In this document: in pieces, positions 16,028 to 23,137 of the stretch
Position numbering within the stretch: the first letter of the stretch is position 1
Layout: every line of letters begins with the position of its first letter
Source of the DNA: a bacterium
GTDB taxonomy: Bacteria; Muiribacteriota; UBA6191
Direction of reading: 5' to 3'
Assembly: GCA_036339875.1 (NCBI GenBank)
Contig: JAYZAC010000063.1
Span: 1 to 23,137 of the forward strand
Length of the DNA: 23,137 bases
Translations under genes and position numbers: made by a program
Notes under the pieces: model-generated
Told to the model about the DNA's origin: nothing
Database searches by the model: none
The model's input: only the letters and a program-made list of their open reading frames with translations

Positions 16028-17617
16028 TTAATTTACTTGGCTGTTCCATGTAGCCTGAAGTGACGCTCCCGAAATTAGTTCTATGTCATTTTTTCCAGCT
16101 ATCTTGGTTGCTGCATTAGTAAACGAGCCCAAACTAACGATGACAGCCTTGTCGACCTTATACTCAGCCATCTGCTCAACTGCGGTTTTTAATTCTATTT
16201 CCCCAGTATCACCTTGGTTTCGGTGAAAGGCCCAAAATACCGATAAATTCGCTTTATTGGTACACTGAAGGTAAAGACTTGTACCGGAGCCATCTAATAC
16301 TATCTCTTTTCTTACAATATGACCTTGTCGCTCTAGGTAACGCTGGATCGTACTCTTAAATTGCTGAGGAGGCATTGTTTCTAACTGCTTAATATCAAAT
16401 TTCTCAGACATACTAAATACATGCTTACTAGCAGCTGACAATTTTGGATGCAGCCATTCCTCGACGACAGAACTTTGAAAAGGGGGTATTTCAAATAGTT
16501 CCGAAGCTTTTAGATTAGCACTACTTATGCTGACAGTTTCAAGAAATGAATTCTGACCTTTCCGTGCCTCATATTCTCTCAAAAGTTCCTCACGACTTCT
16601 TCTTTCTTCAAGCATCTTAAATAAATTGTTTACATTCTTGAAGCTGGCACCTTGACTGATAACTGATTGCCAGGCATTCTTTGCTGCGTCGTAGTTCAAT
16701 GTCTCTGAATCTCTAAACAATAACATGAATCCTAACTGCCATTGAATTTCTTGTTTCTGAGATGGGTTAAGGTATATATGGGCAAGTGCATTTTGAAGAA
16801 CACGAGCCCAAATGTCACATTCCTTGCATGATAGACTTCCTGCGTTATGGTAGTAAGCTGGCATCACCAGAATCAAAGCATCCTGACCTTCTCCTGCTTG
16901 GCTCGCATCTAAATTTAATAAGAAATCTATAAAATACTTTTGGGCGGATTGTCGATCACCCATTTCATAAAATAGCTTTCCCAACAAATAGTTATCTTTA
17001 TTCTGTGAAGCCGCGTTAGCCAATAAATCAAGTAATATATTTCGCGCTTCATCTGGTCGCCTGATTCCTATATAACAAGGAATCATACTTCGAAGTACCT
17101 CCATATTTTTAGGGTCTTTTTGTTGGCATTCTTTAAGTAATTCTAGGGCTTCGTTATAATAACCTTGTGAACCAAGAGCGTAAGCTAAACGCTCTAGACC
17201 ACCCGAGTTTCGATCCTCTCTAAGTGAACGCACATAATGGAAAAATGCCTCTTCGTATTTTCTTCTACTCCAAAGGATTTGAGCAAATTCTTTATGGATT
17301 ACGTAGACATTAAATTCCTGTTTACCACTTTCATATAATGTCAACAATTGTCTACAAACTCTCGCAACTCCGTCATGCTTACCACGAACTTTATAAACCT
17401 CAAGAAGACTTAAAGCCGATCCCACATTATCAGGATCCTCCTTTAAGTGAGTACGTAATTTCTTCTCAGCTCCGGCATAATCGCCTTTATTAATATCGTT
17501 CTGAGCTTGATTGAAGAGTTCGCTGTTCTTCCCTCCGCTTCCCATGAAGCGAGCAACTGGAAAGAATGCAAAAAGACTAATTACAATCGCACCTACTAAA
17601 ACAGCCCAAAACATCAA
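16028..17617 (-). CDS. Membrane-anchored TPR protein with a C-terminal Mrr-like (restriction endonuclease fold) domain
   Basis: N-terminal TM helix and several TPR-like helical pairs. The C-terminus (LETMPPQQFK..YLERQGH..GDTGEIELK..KAVIVSLGSFTNAATKIAGKNDIELISG) follows the Mrr_cat pattern. Start is TTG 17617 or ATG 17614 with AGGTG upstream. Confidence 0.75.
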   Translation of the reverse strand: MMFWAVLVGAIVISLFAFFPVARFMGSGGKNSELFNQAQNDINKGDYAGAEKKLRTHLKEDPDNVGSALSLLEVYKVRGKHDGVARVCRQLLTLYESGKQEFNVYVIHKEFAQILWSRRKYEEAFFHYVRSLREDRNSGGLERLAYALGSQGYYNEALELLKECQQKDPKNMEVLRSMIPCYIGIRRPDEARNILLDLLANAASQNKDNYLLGKLFYEMGDRQSAQKYFIDFLLNLDASQAGEGQDALILVMPAYYHNAGSLSCKECDIWARVLQNALAHIYLNPSQKQEIQWQLGFMLLFRDSETLNYDAAKNAWQSVISQGASFKNVNNLFKMLEERRSREELLREYEARKGQNSFLETVSISSANLKASELFEIPPFQSSVVEEWLHPKLSAASKHVFSMSEKFDIKQLETMPPQQFKSTIQRYLERQGHIVRKEIVLDGSGTSLYLQCTNKANLSVFWAFHRNQGDTGEIELKTAVEQMAEYKVDKAVIVSLGSFTNAATKIAGKNDIELISGASLQATWNSQVN

Positions 17618-17699
17618 TTACACCTAGAATCTCAGCCGACTTAGAGGCAATTTGCGTTATCTCCAAGTAGGAATGAAAGTTTCATAGAAATCAATACAA

Positions 17700-18677
17700 C
17701 TACATAGCCTTAAATGATGAGGAATGGAATTGTAAAGAATTATATATTTCTCTCTGCCATAAAGGCCAATCATGAGGGCCTTGACCCACATAAAATTCAC
17801 ATGGCACCTGTAATTCCGTCAGGAAATTATAGAAGCGATCGCACTCCGGAATCAATTCCTGCTCACCATCCCCGCAGTTAACTCGGACACGTAAACCTGA
17901 ATTTTTCAGATGATTCAGACTTTCTCTGGTCAAATTATAAAGCTCTTCAGAAATTGGACATGACAATAAGCTAACGGAGGCAAATTGGTAAGGATTATTA
18001 CAAGCAATTTTATAAGCCCAATGAGCCCCAATTGATAACCCCTCTATCGCCTGACCTCCAAAACCCTGCCAAACTCTATACTTCTGTGTGATCTGAGGAA
18101 TAACATCATTCGTCATGTACTCATGGAAAAGGTGTTGATCATTTTGACTAGTCCAAGCCTCGTGCTTATCAGGCATCACGATTACCATTTCCTGAGTGAG
18201 ATCCTCGGCCACTAGCCCATCTGAAATTTCTGCCAAATTACCCTTTGTTGCCCAGCTAAGTTCATAATCTAATAGTCCACACATTAGATAAAGAACGGGA
18301 TATTTATTATTCGTCAAAAAATAATTAGGTGGTAAATAAACCACATAATTCATTTCTCTTCCCAATGCATTCGAATATAAAGAATCATGTAACAAAGTGC
18401 CCTTCTCGCCAGATGTACTCAACAAAGAATTGTCATCGGAGGTCTTGTCCGTCCTTAATATTCGTGGATCCTTCGCATAATTACCGTCAATTACGAATTT
18501 ATAGATAATATCGCGAGAACCCAGACTCTGGGTCGTAAGCTCCCACAAACCTTGTCCTTTTGGCTCTAAAGGTATTTGTTCCCAAAGACTGAAATTACCT
18601 GATACCTCCACGTGATGAGCACGAGGTGCATAGAGCCTAAAAGTTACTGATTGATCGGGATTCACTTGTGTATGCAT
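17700..18677 (-). CDS. Fes-like alpha/beta-hydrolase esterase with an N-terminal CBM48/E-set domain
   Basis: VTFRLYAPRAHHVEVSGNF...YKFVIDG; YSNALGREMNYVVYLPPNY; YPVLYL; nucleophile motif GLSIG; catalytic His in GPHDWPLW. Confidence 0.88.
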   Translation of the reverse strand: MHTQVNPDQSVTFRLYAPRAHHVEVSGNFSLWEQIPLEPKGQGLWELTTQSLGSRDIIYKFVIDGNYAKDPRILRTDKTSDDNSLLSTSGEKGTLLHDSLYSNALGREMNYVVYLPPNYFLTNNKYPVLYLMCGLLDYELSWATKGNLAEISDGLVAEDLTQEMVIVMPDKHEAWTSQNDQHLFHEYMTNDVIPQITQKYRVWQGFGGQAIEGLSIGAHWAYKIACNNPYQFASVSLLSCPISEELYNLTRESLNHLKNSGLRVRVNCGDGEQELIPECDRFYNFLTELQVPCEFYVGQGPHDWPLWQREIYNSLQFHSSSFKAM

Positions 18678-18697
18678 AATTACCTCTATTCGAGAAG

Positions 18698-19405
18698 TTA
18701 TAAATTGTCGTTATCCTGAGGAAGAATACGTGGAGAAGGCAAAGGAGTAGAATGTCTCAATAGAATCTGATTTAAGGCCAAACGCTCCCGCTCAAAGATA
18801 CCTGTAAACTGGCAAGCATAAATATACTCCAAATTGCCATTTTCTTCGGTTTCAGAACGACGGATTATCTTAGCAGTTACTCCCATAAAATCAAAAAATT
18901 CTAGAGTAAATTTAGCCTCGATTTCTACTCCCGGCTCTAGCAGTGTCATGGAACCAAACTCCATTCCTCCCACACTTATATCGTTGGTCAATCCCTCATA
19001 CAACTTTTGACTAAAGCCCTCATCAGTCAGAATTCGAAATTTCAGATCAACCTCTCTTCGAATCCTCTCATAAGCTCTTTTCTGTAATAAAGCATCCATA
19101 AATTTAGGAGTCGAGAAACGCATATGACCAGTATCAAACTTTTCTAGGTGTTGATTTTCGATAGCAACCTTGAAACTTACAACCTCACTACCAATTAAAC
19201 ACTGTACTACCGCAAAATTAATATCTCTGAAGAAAAACTTCTGACCCTGAATATCATTAGGCCAAGCAATTACAAAGTTTTTCTCATCAACCTGAAGAAC
19301 CTGAGAGTAAAGATTTAATTTTCCTTGCTCTGGGTCAAAGACCACCATACCGACGAACTGATTTATTCTAAAAACATTTTTATCGTATGTTCCACGGCGT
19401 ATCAA
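18698..19405 (-). CDS. PilZ-domain c-di-GMP receptor (YcgR-like two-domain layout)
   Basis: QKRAYER (RxxxR) and DISVGG (DxSxxG) motifs after an N-terminal beta-rich domain; TAGGAGG RBS before the TTG. Confidence 0.88.
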   Translation of the reverse strand: MIRRGTYDKNVFRINQFVGMVVFDPEQGKLNLYSQVLQVDEKNFVIAWPNDIQGQKFFFRDINFAVVQCLIGSEVVSFKVAIENQHLEKFDTGHMRFSTPKFMDALLQKRAYERIRREVDLKFRILTDEGFSQKLYEGLTNDISVGGMEFGSMTLLEPGVEIEAKFTLEFFDFMGVTAKIIRRSETEENGNLEYIYACQFTGIFERERLALNQILLRHSTPLPSPRILPQDNDNL

Positions 19406-19482
19406 AATTGCCTCCTAAATGCAAACTGGAATGATAATCTGCTTACGAAAATCCGAAGCAAAAGAAAGATTGCGACTTACAT

Positions 19483-19511
19483 AACCTAGCTGATGATGTT
19501 CTCTCCGTCAA
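19483..19511 (-). promoter_or_regulatory. Probable sigma70 promoter for the PilZ gene
   Basis: TTGACG-N17-TAGGTT in the 172-bp intergenic gap. Confidence 0.55.
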
Positions 19512-19577
19512 CCCTCTTAATTCGCAAGATCGCAATGCAATTCTAGTAAATAAGTTTGATAATTTAGCTTAATAGAT

Positions 19578-20798
19578 CTAACCACGGCCAGATTTGCTCT
19601 TCAACTCACTTAATTTTTTAATTCGTTCAAGAGTTTTAGCATTTCGAGGCGACTGAGGAACGAGCTTTATACATGTTTCAAAGTTGGTAATCGCCTCGGA
19701 GTACATACCTTTTTTCTCTAGTGCTTCGGCAAGATTGTAATACGCATTCGGATATTTATCCCAAATCTTAATCGACTCTTTATACCATTTGATTGCTTCA
19801 TCTAATTTACCGTTTTGACTTAATAAAAAACCAATATTATTCCGTACCACTGGGTCTTTGGGAGTTTCTGAAGCTAATTTTTTCAAATGAATAATACTTT
19901 TCTCTGGCTTTTTCATTTGATCATATAAAGCAGCTAAATTAGTGTATGCCTTAGCATATTTCTTATTCCCGTCAATGGCCAGAAGATAATGCTTTTCAGC
20001 CTTCTTAAAATCTTTCTTAATAGAATATAAAAAGGCTAAATTATTGTGAGCTGCTGCAAACTTGGGTTCCAAATTTACCGATTTAAGGTAATGACTGATG
20101 GCTGTATCCAGATTTCGGCGACCACCCTCTATCAAGCCTAAATTGTAATGAGCAAAGGCATAGTTGGAATCTATTTCAATGATCTTATTCCATTCCTTTA
20201 CTGAATCGCCCTCTTTACCAATAGTTAAATAAATCCTAGCCAAATTTTCTCGAGCTTTAATATTTTTGGGGTCAAGCTTCAAAGCTTCACCCCAAGCCTC
20301 GATAGCCAAATCAACCTGACGGACAGAAGCATAGATGAAACCCTTGTTAATATACGCGTTGACATATTTCGGAGAAATTTTTATGGACTTTGCTACATAT
20401 TCCAGAGCTTTATCAAAGTCACCCTTTTGCGTGTGCAAAAAACCCAATGAATCCCAGACTTTGTGATTTTTACTATCTAATCTGGCAGCCATCAACCAGT
20501 ATTTCTCAGCTAATTCTAGTTTACCCATTAAAAAGCAGGCGCCACCAAGGTCATAAGCTGCATCGCCATATTGAGGATCGGTCTTAAGAGCATTCGTCCA
20601 CTCTCTTAAAGCCATAGCAACACGCCCACGTTTCATATAATATTGACCGTTTTGAAATGATTTTCTTGCCTTGGGGTTTTCAGTCCCAGAGGCTGCAAAT
20701 AATGTTTGACTATCAGGAATGAGATAAAAAAAGCCAACCAAAATTACGACGCGAACTGAAAGATACCATTCTTTAATATTTACCTGACTCTTTTGCAT
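19578..20798 (-). CDS. Exported multi-TPR protein (about 10 repeats)
   Basis: Hydrophobic N-terminus, then regular 34-aa repeats (AAYDLG, AYINKG, AHYNLG, AHNNLA, AYTNLA, VRNNIG, AYYNLA); GAGG RBS. Confidence 0.9.
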   Translation of the reverse strand: MQKSQVNIKEWYLSVRVVILVGFFYLIPDSQTLFAASGTENPKARKSFQNGQYYMKRGRVAMALREWTNALKTDPQYGDAAYDLGGACFLMGKLELAEKYWLMAARLDSKNHKVWDSLGFLHTQKGDFDKALEYVAKSIKISPKYVNAYINKGFIYASVRQVDLAIEAWGEALKLDPKNIKARENLARIYLTIGKEGDSVKEWNKIIEIDSNYAFAHYNLGLIEGGRRNLDTAISHYLKSVNLEPKFAAAHNNLAFLYSIKKDFKKAEKHYLLAIDGNKKYAKAYTNLAALYDQMKKPEKSIIHLKKLASETPKDPVVRNNIGFLLSQNGKLDEAIKWYKESIKIWDKYPNAYYNLAEALEKKGMYSEAITNFETCIKLVPQSPRNAKTLERIKKLSELKSKSGRG

Positions 20799-20870
20799 GA
20801 TATTTCCTCATGATAAGCTTTAATTGCGACCCTGCTTTACTTAATTGCAGCAGAGCTACCAAAATCTATT

Positions 20871-22220
20871 TTATTCTTTGAGAAACTCTTTATCCATAAA
20901 CCCCGTGGTGAAGTATCCCTTCCTAAAGGTATCGGTAGAAATAATTTGATCATGCACATTTACAGTCGATTCAATTCCTTCGATTTCGAATTCCCGTAAA
21001 GCTCTTTTGCCTCTAGCTATTGCATCATCACGATCTTTTCCCCATACAATTAATTTGGCAACCATAGAATCATAGTAAGGCAAGATACTATCTCCCGCAG
21101 ATACCATTGAATCGATACGAACTCCATAGCCGCCTGGATAAATTAATCGCACTACCTCTCCGGGAGAGGGAGCAAAATCGCGTTCTGGGTCTTCCGCATT
21201 AATTCTAAATTCAATACTATGTCCATTAAAATTAATCTCATCCTGACTGAAACTCAACTTCTCACCTTGTGCGATCAATAACTGTTCGCGTACAAGGTCT
21301 ACTCCTGTGATCATTTCAGTAACGGGGTGCTCAACCTGTAGACGAGTATTCATTTCCATAAAGTAGAAATTCTCATGCTTATCAACTAAGAATTCTACGG
21401 TTCCCGCATTTCTGTAACCAATTGCCTTTGCTGCAAGTACTCCTGCTTCGCATATGCGCTGACGTAATTCGTTTGAGATAACTGGAGATGGAGCCTCCTC
21501 CAATAACTTTTGATGCCGACGCTGAATAGAGCAATTTCGCTCACCTAAATGGATCACATTTCCATGATGATCAGCTAAGATTTGGACCTCAACATGACGA
21601 GGCTCTTCAACAAATTTTTCGACGTACAAGTCGCCATTCCCGAAAGCATTCAAAGCTTCAGCTCGAGCCATCTCACATTGCTCGGAAAATTCTCGCTCAG
21701 AGGATATGACTCTCATTCCTTTTCCTCCACCACCAGCTGACGCTTTAACCATAACAGGAAAGCCACATTTTTTTGCTATCTGAAGACCATCTTCAACAGA
21801 AGTTATCAATCCATCACTTCCTGGTACTACTGGTACACCAACTTCTATCATGGTTTGTCGAGCCCTAGCCTTATCTCCCATTTTAGTAATTGACTCCGCA
21901 AGAGGCCCAACAAAAGTAATACCACACTCACTTAATACTTCTACAAAATCCGCATTTTCAGAAAGAAATCCATAACCCGGATGAATTGCATCTGCACCAG
22001 TAATTTCTGCTGCCGCAATTATATTTGCCATATTGAGATAACTTTCGCGAGCTGGTGCTGGACCTACACAAACAGCTTCGTCTGCCAAGCGCACGTGCTG
22101 AGACTGAGAGTCTGCCGTAGAATGCACGGCTACAGTTTTCAATCCCAACTCCTTACAAGCCCTAATAATTCGTAAAGCAATTTCACCTCGATTAGCAATC
22201 AATACTTTAGCTAATTTCAT
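20871..22220 (-). CDS. accC: Acetyl-CoA carboxylase biotin carboxylase subunit
   Basis: MKLAKVLIANRGEIALR, IHPGYGFLSEN, KASAGGGGKGM, ERNCSIQRRHQK, EMNTRLQVEHPVTE, RINAED, YYDSMVAKL. ATG 22220 follows GAGG; the track's start at 22283 is over-extended. Confidence 0.97.
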   Translation of the reverse strand: MKLAKVLIANRGEIALRIIRACKELGLKTVAVHSTADSQSQHVRLADEAVCVGPAPARESYLNMANIIAAAEITGADAIHPGYGFLSENADFVEVLSECGITFVGPLAESITKMGDKARARQTMIEVGVPVVPGSDGLITSVEDGLQIAKKCGFPVMVKASAGGGGKGMRVISSEREFSEQCEMARAEALNAFGNGDLYVEKFVEEPRHVEVQILADHHGNVIHLGERNCSIQRRHQKLLEEAPSPVISNELRQRICEAGVLAAKAIGYRNAGTVEFLVDKHENFYFMEMNTRLQVEHPVTEMITGVDLVREQLLIAQGEKLSFSQDEINFNGHSIEFRINAEDPERDFAPSPGEVVRLIYPGGYGVRIDSMVSAGDSILPYYDSMVAKLIVWGKDRDDAIARGKRALREFEIEGIESTVNVHDQIISTDTFRKGYFTTGFMDKEFLKE

Positions 22221-22632
22221 TATTATCCTCACACAATTCGAGTAATAATTCGTCATAGGCAACACCTTCTTGATGCTGAGCAACTAATCGATGAACAACT
22301 CCCACGTGCGCGCTACGGAGCTCATTCATAATATTCATTGCTTTTAAGTAGCCTAAGACTTGCCCCCGAGAAACTTTCTCTCCAATACTAACTTTTGGAA
22401 AAAATTGCCCTACACGATTTGCCTTAATCTCTATTATCCCCGAAAGAACCTCAGTTTTTTCAGAGGCTTGATTCATAACTTCTGTTTCAGATATTTGGGG
22501 ATCTCCCAAATCATCTACTGATAAAGTTTGACGGCGCTTTAAACTTATTGATTGATTTCCCGAGGAGACTTCAAATTGACTATAATCAGATTCTGAAAAA
22601 TGCTGTATCAAATTACGAAGATTAATACTCAT
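22207..22632 (-). CDS. accB: BCCP (AccB) homologue lacking the biotinyl-lysine
   Basis: BCCP-like N-terminus (LRNLIQHFSESDYSQFEVSSGNQSISLKR), a linker, and a biotinyl-like domain (VGQF..VSIGEKVSRGQVLGYLKAMNIMNELRS..GVV..VAYDELLLEL). Overlaps accC by 14 nt. Confidence 0.8.
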   Translation of the reverse strand: MSINLRNLIQHFSESDYSQFEVSSGNQSISLKRRQTLSVDDLGDPQISETEVMNQASEKTEVLSGIIEIKANRVGQFFPKVSIGEKVSRGQVLGYLKAMNIMNELRSAHVGVVHRLVAQHQEGVAYDELLLELCEDNNEIS

Positions 22633-23137
22633 GAATCACTCCCCTGACGAACTAAAACTACAAAATTTTCCCTCATTCGTTCTTTTGTTACAATTGGCGC
22701 TTCCACTATGATCCTTGCACCATTAATCACATCCATAAAACCAACTTCACTGCTATACCTCGGAACTACATGAAAATGGAGATGGGAAATGCTAGCGCCA
22801 CTAAATTGTCCCATATTATACCCTAAATTAAACCCTTGAGGGTTATACATCAGTTTCAGTACTTTAATAGACATTATTTGTAAGTGATGACAATCAAGAA
22901 CCTCTTCATCATTTAAATCTTCAATCGTTTCAATATGGCGCTTAGGAGCGATCATCAGATGCCCTGGATTGTAAGGAAACAAATTCAGCGTTACAAAAAA
23001 ACTATTCCTCTCATAGACTATTAGATTATCTACACCATCAACACCATCTAAAGAGGCACACAAAATACAATCTACCGAAGGTCTCTCACCTTGAGCATAC
23101 TTCAATTTATCTGGACTAAACAGAATTTTTCTATGCT
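22629..23137 (-). CDS. HIT-family hydrolase (Ap4A phosphorylase/Fhit-like); 5' end probably outside the window
   Basis: DCILC, LNLFPYNPGHLMIAPKRH, GFNLGYNMG, HLHFHVVPR. The frame stays open upstream of the track's TTG 23105 (..HRKILFSPDKLKYAQG) to the window edge. ATGA overlap with the accB homologue. Confidence 0.9.
   Translation of the reverse strand, partial: HRKILFSPDKLKYAQGERPSVDCILCASLDGVDGVDNLIVYERNSFFVTLNLFPYNPGHLMIAPKRHIETIEDLNDEEVLDCHHLQIMSIKVLKLMYNPQGFNLGYNMGQFSGASISHLHFHVVPRYSSEVGFMDVINGARIIVEAPIVTKERMRENFVVLVRQGSDS

Noticed and set aside
16028..16400. Restriction-modification or defence island around the Mrr-like domain
   Set aside because: No methyltransferase, integrase or other defence genes; housekeeping context; catalytic residues look degenerate.
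19406..19577. c-di-GMP riboswitch upstream of the PilZ gene
   Set aside because: No GEMM-type GCAAA/GNRA tetraloop-receptor arrangement is visible; only a generic stem.

Overview
AT-rich bacterial chromosomal window, standard genetic code, gene-dense and mostly housekeeping. I see no RNA genes, CRISPR array, transposase or phage genes. Recognisable genes are miaB (partial), a metF-type MTHFR, a LolC/E-like permease, maf, rpsT, tgt, an O-antigen-ligase/TPR membrane protein, sfsA, pheT (no adjacent pheS), a holA-like gene, a CBM48-esterase, a PilZ protein, TPR proteins, accC, an accB homologue and a HIT hydrolase (partial). Five things stand out. (1) The accB homologue overlapping accC has AMN instead of the biotinylated AMK and lacks the 'thumb' loop, so it may be a non-biotinylatable, BADC-like ACC subunit or regulator. 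(2) A self-contained two-gene secreted-protein unit has an ECF-type promoter and its own terminator, and encodes a Gly/Tyr/Asn low-complexity protein with a tandemly duplicated ~78-aa domain. (3) S20 carries a histone-H1-like Lys/Ala tail. (4) The rpsT terminator hairpin contains the maf Shine-Dalgarno and runs into its start codon. (5) A membrane-anchored TPR protein carries an apparently inactivated Mrr-like nuclease domain. All calls come from reading motifs by eye; no searches were run.
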